From Mytilus edulis (Eukaryota), in contig NC_092349.1 of assembly GCF_963676685.1 (NCBI RefSeq), positions 33,728,001-33,792,000 of the forward strand: a stretch of 64,000 bases of DNA. Direction: 5' to 3'. Both the position numbers and the translations under genes were made by a program. Positions 24,715-36,559 of this stretch are shown piece by piece. How positions within the stretch are numbered: position 1 is the stretch's first letter; each line of letters starts with the position of its first letter. The notes beneath the pieces are model-generated. The model was given only the letters and a program-made list of their open reading frames with translations. It was not told where the DNA came from and searched no databases.

Positions 24715-25310
24715 CTTGGCGGGCATTTTGAATTTGTCGGCCATTATCGAATTATTTTTAATTGTTCCATATTTAGAAAAGATAAATTAGCATCATAACT
24801 AGCAATATGCAAAGTGTTGTGCTTTTATTTTCAATTGATAAATTATACCTTATTTTGGGACTCAGCCTCATCATTTGCTCATGAATGTGGGACGGCTATT
24901 TTGAAATTGGCGGCCATTATGGAATTATTTTTTTATTTTTCTATATTCGTAAAAGATTAATATGCACCATAACTAGCAATATGCAAAGTGTTGTACTTTT
25001 ATTTTCAAATGTTCAATTATATCATTTTTTTTAACCTGCCAAGTGACTGTTGGCCGCCATTTTGAATTTGTCGGCCATTATGGGATTATTTTTATTTTTC
25101 CATATTCAGAAAATATTAATTACCATCATAACCAGCAATATGCAATGTTTTGTGCTTTTATTTTCAAATGATAAATTATACTATAGTTTTGCTTTCTGAC
25201 TGTTGGCAGCCATTTTCAAATTGATGGCCATTCTGGATTTATTTTTGAAGGCTCCATATCCAAAAATGTTTATAAGCATCATAATTAACACTGTACAAAG
25301 TTTCATGTTT
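24715..25310. repeat. Subterminal tandem repeats (~150-175 bp x ~4) of the Academ element
   Basis: Units begin near 24718, 24893, 25053 and 25205 with GCCATTTTGAA.TTG.CGGCCATTAT. Confidence 0.85.
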
Positions 25311-25424
25311 TTACAATAAAGTGATCATGATCAATTGTCCCAAAATATTGGACAGAGATGCTGGACTAGAAATGTTGGAGCCATATATTTGTAGGTTCAA
25401 AGAAGACTGTCATTGTTTGAGTTG

Positions 25425-25695
25425 ACAGATTTTACCTATTTTGTCTGTCTGTTTGTTTTGTTTATGATTCGTAATGAAATTTGATGCAACTGTCATACAA
25501 GTAAGAGGTTTAGCGAGCTAAAAAAGCAGGTTCAATCCATCATTTTCTACATTACAAAATGTCTGTACCATGTCAGGAATACGACAGTTGTTATCTCTTC
25601 GTTTGATGTATTTGAGCTTTTGATTTTGCTAATTGATTAGGGACTTTTCGTTATGTATTTTCCTCGGAGTTCAGTATTTTTGAGATTTTACTTTT
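25425..25695. repeat. Dispersed repeat, with an inverted relative at 28968-29195
   Basis: TGCAACTGTCATACAAGTAAGAGGTTTAGC here versus GCTAAACCTCTCACTTGTATGACAGTCGCA at ~29150-29182. Confidence 0.6.
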
Positions 25696-26454
25696 ACTTT
25701 TGCTGTAACCACACTTCGATTATTTATTCCTCTTTTATGACATTTCAGAATGAGCTTGTTTTTTTTCATTAGCCAAATTATTAACTACTTACTCCTACGC
25801 AGTACATGCATATTTTGACTGGTTTATGGTGGATCTCATTTTGCTAAATACTTTGTTATTCTAAGTGTTTTTTGTTGTTGTTAATCTGTCTTTTGTCTGC
25901 TAGTTATTTTTTTGTCTTTTGAGCAATGACACTGCTTTCTTTTCAACATGATATTGGCTGATGTCTGCTATTTTTCAATTCATTGTTTTGAGTTTAATTC
26001 AGGCTGTTAGTTTCCTATATTTTTTTTTACATTGTATAATCCGGAGCGTGCAGTATAGTTTTCATAGTTGCGTGGTTCATCGTAGGAGTTATACGCCGAC
26101 CACTATTTTTCTAATTCAGGACGTTTCTTTTGTAGGTGTTTTAGACCCTTCGGAATAGTTGCCGAATACCTTCTATTTTTCCACAAGATTGTATATTAAG
26201 CAAAAATAGCATAAAATAAATTCAGGTTTCCATATTTCTAAATTATTTGATTTACATGAATATAAGTTATCGCTGTCATCGTCATATAAAACAAACTCTT
26301 TATATAGATATAACAGTTAATATTTGCCATTTACCTTTTTTATGCATAATTATGTACGTAAAAATTTAACGTATAATACTTATTGTCACTACACGACATA
26401 AGAAATAGATACTATGTATGCTTTTTTATCGCCATTAATTTATATCTTATTAAG

Positions 26455-26622
26455 ATAAAAAGTCTATCCTGGCTTCTGACCAACTTTCAAACTTTGGAAG
26501 CGCTGAAACCTTCCAGAGTGCGCAAGAAACCCTAAATGAATGGAAAACTGACATTTTACGAACAAACACCCAAAATGTTAAAGTCGGCGATGGAAATGAA
26601 AACAAGAAGAACCACCTAAAAG
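26455..26622 (+). CDS. Candidate internal host exon (56 codons)
   Basis: Acceptor tatcttattaag|, donor AAG|gttagt. 168 bp, phase 1-1, open: KKSILASDQLSNFGSAETFQSAQETLNEWKTDILRTNTQNVKVGDGNENKKNHLK. Confidence 0.55.
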
Positions 26623-29239
26623 GTTAGTACAAATGTATTAAAAATAACACACAAATTCATCATGTTTATATTATATATGAATTGATAGAAATTACAAAAC
26701 GATTTTTTTTTCTCTCATTTGAACATAAGTTTATTATGCAATGATAGACCTGGCGAAAATATTTCTAAATAAGAGAATTGGTTTCAAATTGGTATGCAAT
26801 AGTTTAACGCCAGAGAATACTTAAAACTTATTACATGTAGATAACACGCCAAATATACTGACCTATCCTATTTGACGGGAAATAAGGAAATCGTAAATAA
26901 ACAGGAAAAAAGATAAAAAGGTCAAAGTAATGTATGTGACAATAAAATAAATGATATCAAGATATGATTTTACAATGTAGTTATAACATACAAAATGTAT
27001 ATATGAACATGATGAACCCCGGTCGAGTTCTAGGGTTTAAGGTTACTTATGGTTTAATTGTACATCCATGATACATGTAAGTATAACTAGATTTGAAAAG
27101 CCATCTTACAACTTTTTTTATTTACAAAAACCAGAGATATAGGATGTACATCATTGACCTAATCATAAGAGTCAGGATGGAAGTTTCCACTGGCAAAAAA
27201 TATAATAATTGTGGCGATTAAAATTCATCATTTGCGAAAGGATTTGGCGAAAGAAATATTTTAAACTATATTGTTTATTTGTTTTGTTTCGGAGTTTTCT
27301 GACATTACCCGATCAGCAATATTAGGAATTTACCTTGAACTCGTGAATATTTTGACAGAAAATCAATAATCAGCTGATTGCATTTTATAGCTGTAAGCAA
27401 CAAAGGACTCATTAATAAAGATATTGATTGTGTTTTTTCACAAAATGGTATGGTCACATGTCACATAAAGTATTTATTAATCACCTTGCGACGCACGTGT
27501 TTGAAGCAAACTTTTGACGTACTCCCGTCTTCTTTTATTACGATGGTCCGAAAAGAAAAACTAACCGAAATGTTCGAAGGCAAGAAAAATCTCCGACATT
27601 CTCCTTTGACTTTGATAATTCATTTGAGAGGGTTCCTGAAAGTCGTTCTGGCGACGCACGAGTTTCATCTGTCTCAATTTTGAATTAACGATGGTCCAGA
27701 AAAGAAAACAGTCGTTATGAAGCAACATTTTTTTTTATTATACAAAACACTTCTTTGTACAAAAGGGCAAATGTTTATATTATTTGAGGAAACTTTTTCC
27801 TAAGAACTAAACATCTATCTGTTATTATTTTGTCAAAATGTGTCCAAAAATTTTGTTATATTCATGGACTTTTTTATTATAAAAATTAGGTGGGTCGAAA
27901 GAAAGAAAAATTTCAAAGGAAAAATATTTTTCTGTAACTTTGCGAAAAACATATAAAGTTGCGAAAAGTATATTGTTTTGGCGGAAGAGGTGGTTAAAAA
28001 AACAATTGACCGAGGTGAAACCCTGATTAGACCATAACAATGGAACAAAAACTATCAGAGATTTACAAAAGTACTTAATGCTAGTCTTTGCAATATTTTA
28101 GACTCTATATCTCCCAAGAATCACGGGAAACATTTTACATCCAGCGACGTCTATCTGCAATTTTTTCATTTGATTGGTTTAAAAACACAATTCAGGGTGA
28201 TAGATATTTTTTGTTTATGAATTAATTATTGTTATTGTCCAAAGCCGGTAATTTGCTCACCGAAAATACTATGCTAGCCTTAATGTCGTTTATTTCATCA
28301 GGACTATTTCATGTCAATATCCAAACACTTTGTTGATTTTCTTATCTAATCTGTTGAGCTTAATCTGTGAATTATTACCGCACTTAGAAAACCTGTTGTA
28401 TTGCAATTTCTTTAAAAAGGCAATTTATTACTTTTTTTCTTAATAATTACATAACAAAAAGACTTAGTTTGGCTATAACATTAATCATTTTATATCTCGT
28501 ATAGTCATCATCAAATGGTTACAATTTATCCAGGTCATTAACTATGAGCTGGTGATCAATCTAATCTTATTCTTATATTACTTAGTAAGATGCTGTAATT
28601 TAAATTTGATATTGATCACATTTTGACAATGGTTTTTCTCCACCACAACCGCACATGCACATGTAACTTGTTCTTGGTCCTTATCAATTATATAATTACC
28701 TGATGGTTTTTGTTTCATGATCGAAGTAGAGTTTTATTAGATATATTTTCATTCAGTATGTATTCATCTACACATCAGTAAAATTTAGTTTTTTTCGGTT
28801 GTGTAGATGTTATACTTATCCTATAATTTTAATTTTTATTTAATGCAAAGTAATTTCTAATTCTCAAGAAGTGTCAAAACTGTTCAGTATTATCGCAAAG
28901 CCTTTTGTATCTTTTGAAATGTTCTGCATGTGGAAATGTCTGTACTCAGGCAGGAATATGACTAAAAAATAAGTAAATAATAAAAGTATCGAAATCCTTG
29001 GAAAATCCATAACGAAAAGTCCGTTATCAAATACATTTTAGCAAAATCAAAAGCTGATTTTTTCAAACGAAGGGATAGGGACTGTTATATTTCTTACTTT
29101 GTACGGCATAATCTTATGTAAAAAAGGGTATATAAACTTGATTTTATAGCTAGCTAAACCTCTCACTTGTATGACAGTCGCAATAAATTCCAATTGTTCA
29201 CTATTAGTTTGATATGTTTCAGATTTTGATTTACCATTC

Positions 29240-30145
29240 GACTGACGACAATGGACTACGGACGACGAATGTCCTTATTCCGTCTTCGTCGTTGTCAGTC
29301 GTCGTCTGTTAAATTTTTACAAATATCTTCTCTTTTGAAAATATTTGGACAACTTTAAATAAACTTGGCAAGAATCATCATTAGGATATTTGGTTGTAAA
29401 TTTGTGTCCGCTGATCCAGTTTGTCAACAACGGTCGCCGATATGGCTAAACATAGAACAAAGGAATATATCTTTTATTTTGAAAATTCATAGATTCATTC
29501 AGAAAAAATTTGCAAGAGAAGAAATGTTCAGAATGTTGTGCTTTACAAATTGTCTTAATGCGTCATAAATGTCAGACAAGTTTTAATAGGAGTGATTGCC
29601 CTTAAATAAAAAAAAATCATTGTTTTTCTTTTTTCTTGAAACAATAAGAGATAGAGAGAAACTTTAAAATACAAAAATGAACAGTTCTTTATTTGAGTCA
29701 TTGTCCTTTGATGACCCTTTTGCCAATTTTTTTTAGTTCTGCTATTTATCTTAAAAACTATATAATAAAATAGATAGAAACTAAAATAAGCTAAAACACT
29801 TATGAACTAGATAAGATATATTACAGTAAAGAAAATATCGAAGAAATGGTCCGACGACTACTTTTTGGAGTTTTAATCTAAAATGACAATTTGTACCTTT
29901 TTTTTGCTATTTGCCATGTATGATAAAAATTACCATAAATAAAATGACAGTTCTAAATACAAATATACCAAATCTTAAAATCACAAAAAAAGAAATCTGC
30001 AAGGCAAGATTTACTAAGAACTAAAAACAAGTCAAATGTTGCCGATATAATAAGTAGGTTGGCACTCTGAAATGTTGCATATCCTTTTTTGAATATTCAC
30101 AAAGACCAAGGTGAGAGAGAGCGCGGCCTTTTACCTCCTCTAACT
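29240..30145. repeat. Decayed non-autonomous element with GTC-rich start (Helentron/HINE-like, tentative)
   Basis: GTCGTC-rich tract at ~29280-29310. CAAGGTGAG..GGCCT..CCTCTA-like terminus at ~30108-30142. Confidence 0.35.
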
Positions 30146-31607
30146 TCTTTTACTTTTACATGAAAAAAAAATACAAAATCAATCTTGTACCCTTGCAACA
30201 ATTTTGTGATGGGCCAGGAGTTGGTCAGTTGCAAGGCATAATTTCTGTTACAATTCAATGTACCGTTAGTTTACAGTGGCAGCAAAATAAACTAACCGAC
30301 CTTCATTCCTAATGGCTTCCACTACATGACCTATTTATGATATTTTGTTCTCGTCATTAAAAGGAATGAAACATTTATCACTAGATGTTAAGCAAAGAAC
30401 AATCAGGTAAAAGGGGACAAATTCTATATGAAAAAAAAAGATTATTTTTTTTTATTGAAAAGTCGTGTACATTGATCTTTATGATTGTCATAATAAATAT
30501 TATCCATCATTGATCATTCAATGGATAAATGGAGCACAGGGAAGTCAATATTTCAACAAGCCTGATTTTTAAACAACCATATGATTTTTATACCTTTGTA
30601 CAATACATTTTGTTTTCTGATTTGTCCAGTGTATTATTATTTAAGCAAAATACAAATATATTTTGAAACTGAATTCGCTGCTAATCATAAAAAGTAGTGT
30701 TGTCAAATCGTTTAGTTTTTTACTAACCAGTTACTCGGATAAGCATTCGATCGGTTAACCGGTAGTCTAAGTTGATGTCTGGCGTACTAAATGATAATCC
30801 TGGTACCTTTGATAACTATTATCTATTGTACTCTTTATAATAAGATTAATGAAAGTTTGTTCTTTCGCATTATAAGGCTTGTCTGTGAGGATTCCTGGTG
30901 AAAATGAACAATATTTACATCGTGTCTATACTTTGGCGTTTGTAATTACTCCATATTGAAAATAAAAATGAAGCCTATGTTACTCGAACCATCAAGTATA
31001 CATTAATTTCATCCACATTTCATATTTTAGAGTTGGCTTTTCGTTTAAAGTATGACAAAGCTTTATGATGGAGGTTGCACATTCAGATGCAGGTCTTTTA
31101 AATATTAGATCAAAAGTAAAATAATGAAGTAAATCGTAAAGTTTAATCGGATTACTGATTTAAAGTTACTGTTTAAAAAAACATATATAATTATGTTTAC
31201 TTACGGTCTTGTCCCAAGCTGATCGACAAGTTGCTTAAGTTAGTTCTCGTTCATTTTATGTTTATTGAATAAACAAAAGCAATCAATGTACTTGACAATT
31301 GATCTGTCAAATTTATTACCAAGTTGATAATTTTTAAATAAAACAAAGTTATTAATTATTTCAATACACATTTATATAATATCTACTAAAAATTACAAAA
31401 AGTCCTGTTATCGTGGGGTCTGACTAATTTTGCCTGAAATCTTTACTATACTGTCGATGTGAATTTATGTATACATTTATTGAATATATTCAATATTTGC
31501 TATAATGAAAAGGAAAATTTACAATGTTAAAGTGAAAACATAAAAAGTTACTTTCTCCAAAACGTTTTTTTTTTTTTATCAAAATAACAAAGTAAAGCAT
31601 TATTTGA

Positions 31608-32535
31608 TTAATAAAATTGAGAATGGAAATGGGGAATGTATCAAAGAGACAACAACCCGACCATAGTAAAAACAACAGCAAAAGGTCACCAACAGGTCTT
31701 CAATGTAACGAGAAATTCCCGCACCTGGAGTCGTCCTTCCGCTGGCCCCTACACAAATATATACTAGTTCAGTGATATATTTCCAAATTTCGAAATTGTA
31801 CACAAGAAACTAAAATTAAAACAATACAAGACTAACAAAGACCAGAGGCTCTTGACTTAGGACAGGCGTAAAAATGCGGCGGGGTTAAACATGTTTATGA
31901 GATCTCAACCCTCCCCCTATACCTCTAGCCAATGTCGAAAAGTAAACTCATGACAATGCTTACATTTAAAATTCAATTCAAGAGAAGTCCGAGTCTGATG
32001 TCAGAAGATGTAACCAAAGAAAATAAACAAAAAGACAATTATACATAAATAACAACAGACTACTAGCAGTTAACTGACATGTCAGCTCCAGACTTCAATT
32101 AAACTGATTGAAAGATTATGATTTCATCATATGAATATCAGACACAATCCTTCCCGTTAGGGGTTTAGTATCATACCATCATAACATATATATGAGAAGA
32201 ACATAACCCGTGTCATGCCAACAACTGGTTTTTGAATAAATGTTTTTAGTTCCGATGCAAAGACCCTATAAGTCAATCAATATTAACGCCAAAATATGCA
32301 ATCTTTAATGACCTGACACCAGTATCATAACTATATCCCTTCTTAATGAGTCTATTTAAAGGTTATGTTATTATTTTCTGCGGTGAATACTGACATGTTT
32401 GTGCTTTATAAAAAATATTTCCATAAGCAAAGTGGATGTGAAATATTTAAACGTAAAAGAAGTCTGCATGTTGAGCTATATTTACGAATGATGTCCTTAT
32501 ACCGATGATAAAATTTAGTAAATACTTTGCTAGAA
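31608..32535. repeat. Longer copy of the 16125-16660 repeat family
   Basis: Starts ATAAAATTGAGAATGGAAATGGGGAATG like 16129. The shared end is fixed and the other end variable. The right boundary is approximate. Confidence 0.75.
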
Positions 32536-32849
32536 TTAAAATGTATTATTATTTAGTTTTCCGACATTAATTGGTATATTAATTTAGTGAATAATGTTGA
32601 ATATTTGCACACTTTAAGCTTATTTTGTGAGTATAAATTGATTCTGTTGTGTAAAAAAAAAACGAAAAGCTCAATGTGGTCATTTTTATAAATTTCCTGT
32701 TTACAAAACTTAGAATTTTTCGAAAAACTAAGGATTTTCTTATCCCAGGCATAGATTACCTTAGCCGTATTTGGCACAACTTTTTGGAATTTTGGATCCT
32801 CAATGCTCTTCAACTTTGTACTTGTTTGGCTTTATAAATATTTTGATTT

Positions 32850-32897
32850 GAGCGTCACTGATGAGTCTTATGTAGACGAAACGCGCGTCTGGCGTAC
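32850..32897 (+). ncRNA. Minimal type I hammerhead ribozyme (predicted cleavage after 32889)
   Basis: CGTCA-CTGATGA-GTCT(TATGT)AGAC-GAAA-CGCGCG-TC^TGGCG. Helix I CGTCA/TGGCG. Confidence 0.9.
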
Positions 32898-33204
32898 TAA
32901 ATTATAATCCTGGTACCTTTGATAACTTTTTACACCACTGGGTCGATGTCACTGCTGGTGGACGTTTCGTCCCCGAGGGTATCACCAGCCCAGTAGTCAA
33001 CACTTCGGTGTTGACATGAATATCAATAATGTGGTCATTTTTATAAATTTCCTGTTTACAAAACTTTGAATTTTTCGAAAAACTAAGGATTTTCTTATCC
33101 CAGGCATAGATTACCTTAGCCGTATTTGGCACAACTTTTTGGAATTTTGGATCCTCAATGCTCTTCAACTTTGTACTTGTTTGGCTTTATAAATATTTTG
33201 ATTT

Positions 33205-33252
33205 GAGCGTCACTGATGAGTCTTATGTAGACGAAACGCGCGTCTGGCGTAC
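33205..33252 (+). ncRNA. Minimal type I hammerhead ribozyme (predicted cleavage after 33244)
   Basis: Identical motif 355 bp downstream of the first. Confidence 0.9.
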
Positions 33253-33293
33253 TCAATTATAATCCTGGTACCTTTGCTAACTTTTTTCATCAG

Positions 33294-33450
33294 ATAAGTT
33301 TAACAAGGTACCAGAAATTGGAACTGAAATGTCGCCATCAGATGAAACGGCAGCCCCAGATAAATTCATATCTAATGAAACCGAAATTCTGTCAAAAAGG
33401 TGTACGGATCAAGGAAATTCTCTAGAAACAAAAACGTTCCAATTGCATAC
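33294..33450 (+). CDS. Candidate host exon, 5' part (interrupted)
   Basis: gctaacttttttcatcag| acceptor. Phase 1 matches the 26455-26622 exon. Reads DKFNKVPEIGTEMSPSDETAAPDKFISNETEILSKRCTDQGNSLETKTFQLH. Confidence 0.55.
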
Positions 33451-34363
33451 AAATAAAGGCAACAGTAGTATACCGCTGTTCAAAACTCATAAATCCATGG
33501 ACAGAAAAACAAAATCGGGTTAACAAACTAAAACCGAGGGAAACGCATTAAATATAAGAGGAGAACAACGACACAACATTTAAATGTAACATACACAGAA
33601 ACGGACCAAGCATCAGACAGAATCCCACGATAATAACAAATATAATATCAAAACCAAATATTTGAAATTGGGATAGACAAGTACCGTGACACGTCTTATC
33701 GTAATGTGAATTTACACTAAAAAATAAGAGAAAACAAACGATGCAACGTTAAAATGTAACACACACAGAAACGAACAATAATATAACAATGGCCATGTTC
33801 CTGACTTGGTACAGGAGATTTTTAAAGGAAAAAATGGTGGGTTGAACCTGGTTTTGTGGCATGCCAAGCCTCGCACTTTAATGGCAATGTTAAATATAAC
33901 ATTGAAATGACAACATGATATTACAGGACTTCAATACAAATAAATAGGAGAACGTATTAGACAAAGAAACACATGATTAATAGGTAACAAAAAGCATCAG
34001 GTTTAAAATTCAATCCTTATTATTTAGAACAATTACTGCTATTGCAAACAGTTAATTTTATCAAATGAATATAACAGATATACATAATGAAACTGAAGTA
34101 TTAACTATTTACAGAAAACAAAACCCGAATACATAATCCAAAGACCAACACAGAATAGACACACCCGACTCAGTCCAGGCCTCTTAGCAATAAATCATAA
34201 AAATGACGTCACATACGAAGTGGTGAAACCGCACAAAAATTACGTCACATTTGAATTTATGAAATTTTTGAAACAGCACAAAAATGACGTCACATATGAA
34301 AAACTATATCTCAAAAGTAAGATAGAATTAGGATTGATTTAAGATTATAATAGAACTAAATAC
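33451..34363 (-). mobile_element. ~910-bp repeat insertion splitting the exon
   Basis: Same family as 9942-10295. ATAC occurs at both junctions (33447-33450 and 34360-34363). Confidence 0.75.
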
Positions 34364-34543
34364 TGATATTACATCATATGAATGCCTAAACAATATAAAA
34401 TCGGACAATATTGCAGAAGCGTCTGTGGAACATAACTCACTAAGTGTTACCAAAAGTGTTGATGACGATATAAATGATAAGCAAACAATACAACTCGAAA
34501 AGGCCAATGGTCGTACCATAGTTGCTGCAGAATCATCGAAAAG
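34364..34543 (+). CDS. Candidate host exon, 3' part
   Basis: In frame with the 5' part: TDITSYECLNNIKSDNIAEASVEHNSLSVTKSVDDDINDKQTIQLEKANGRTIVAAESSK. Donor AAG|gtaaga. Confidence 0.55.
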
Positions 34544-36559
34544 GTAAGACTCTTGTGTTGATCTGCTATTAATTACCATAGATGCTCGACTAAACATTTT
34601 ATTGTATTTAAAAAAAAAAAAAAATGGAAAATTATGAAATCAATAGCAATGATTACACAACTGTAACATTATTTACATCCAGGCTGGAATGTCAATTGCA
34701 TTAATAGCAAAGCGACCGTAAACCATTATTATGACGGCACAATCGCAAAATGATTTTTTTTGCCTTACAATAAACGCAACTATTTCAATTCTGAAGTCGA
34801 ATGGACAATTTCGTCGCATATAGGTAAATTGTACATGTATTTTGCCTTCTTTCCGTTTACATACAACTGTATAAATATTGTCTTCTTTGACAGCTTATGG
34901 TCTTTTCAGTTTGAAAATTGGAAACAAACACATAGTTTAACCCTTTACCTTTAGGGCATTTTAGAACTTTCATATCAAAAAGACACTATCACAATTAAAA
35001 AAAAAATACTCCATTCATACCAATGGTCATGTGATCTTTCCTCCTTGTGTTTCTTCAGCATATCCCTGTACCACTCGCATCGTCAAGAATATATTAAAAT
35101 TTGAAAGGATTTTTCTTAAAAAGCAAGATTCAAAATAAAAATAAAGATTCAAGAATGAATTGATCATGATTCGTCCGCAAATAGGGAATCACCTTTTCTC
35201 CAAAACGGAAAAAAGACCGGATTATCTGCAATTTTGACATAATATATTTTTTAAATCTACAAGGAAAGTAATTTGAATCGAAAGGGACAAAGTAGTGTGG
35301 TCCAAATCTTATTTCTAAAGTACCTATATTATTACCATTTACATGATATACTACTTACCAAAAAAGCATGTGTCTATTTCTTTTAACTTGTTATCTCATA
35401 TCCCAACCTAATATATTACGTATAAACAAATAAACTATGGTCTTGTTTAGAGATTCCTCATGTCTGTTTACTTGCTTGTAAGGTCAATTTTCTTTACGGA
35501 AATTACCATTTAACTTCAAAGGGGATATGTTCTGATCCACAATTTTAAAACAAATATAATGATCAAGCACATAAATGTATTTGGAATGTTTATGAGACAG
35601 TTAGGCAAGTTATTCACTGCCAACACTAGGGCCTTAAAGGAGGATAACTGTGCCCAGACCAGATAGGTGCTTTTATCTATCGCAATTCAAGCGTTCAGTT
35701 AAAAGAATGGAATATATTATGTGATTTCTTCTATTGCATCAATACACAACCATCCATACAATTCTTACCTTAATGTGTTCATATGATAGTTAATACGCTT
35801 ATTAATGTTTGAATTAGAAATATTGCACGTTAGATTATGTATAATTAGTATACCCTTCATAAACAGAGTTATATCCCTTCAAGTATTATTATTATTTGCA
35901 ATCACAAAGTTTCTCGTAGAATTTTGACATCACAATAGAAAATGTCTGACACCACAAAGAAAACAGATTGACGTCGAAAGTTCAAGTGTCCTAGACACTA
36001 AACAAATAAATCAAGATGTATACCTTATTTTGTTTTCCATTAACATTTTGTATGAAGAATTAAAGGATATAGCCAATATAAGTATTTTTTTTCATATTTT
36101 CTGACACCCCTTCTTTGAGTTAATTTTGAAATGCAACTCATGATATTTCCTTTGCATACAAATCTGTGTCAAATTTTAAATATTCAATGTATATTAGTAA
36201 TGCGATTATGATTGATAAGTGTTCGTTGTTTGATGAAACGAAGATATAATATGATCATCAATGACAACATCAAAAGATACATTTAGTTAAAAAATAAAAT
36301 GTCCATTCCTTTTGACGAAAAAATAATATATTAAGTGAAATTAAACCCGCTTTCTTAGGCTTTAAGTCGGAAAACCTTCAAAGTGACTTATTTCTATACA
36401 GTTTGTCGTGCAATATAATAAACAATCGATTTTTCGAGCAATTGAATCTGATTACATAAAAAATGAGAATGCTAAGACATGCGAAGGTGCATATATTCTT
36501 TTTAAAAAGTACTGGTGTAATGACAAATAAAACATTCATGCATTTAGTAAAACAGAAAT

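Larger units (their letters stand above)
7621..25368 (-). mobile_element. AcademX-like TIR DNA transposon, decayed, carrying nested insertions
   Basis: Termini TAGTCCAGC (7621) and GCTGGACTA (25368). The inverted match extends (AATTGATCA..CTTTAT.GTAAAA.CATGAAACTT.G..CAGTG/TAGTG). Subterminal AAAATGGCG-type repeats at both ends. Flanks GAT/GAA are not a perfect TSD. Confidence 0.75.
32673..33285 (+). mobile_element. Retrozyme-like tandem array, 355-bp unit x 1.7, with two hammerhead ribozymes
   Basis: 32673-32930 is repeated almost exactly at 33028-33285. Non-coding. Hammerhead cores at 32858 and 33213. Confidence 0.88.

Noticed and set aside
24715-25310. Regularly spaced repeats suggestive of a CRISPR-like array
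   Set aside because: Whole units are homologous with no unique spacers, the context is eukaryotic, and they are transposon subterminal repeats.
32553-33168. Duplicated 86/88-aa ORFs (MKSIEDPKF...)
   Set aside because: Antisense translations of the retrozyme repeat with non-ATG starts; the RNA structure explains the sequence.
34328-34597. 89-aa - strand ORF
   Set aside because: Antisense to the better-supported + strand exon segment 34364-34543.
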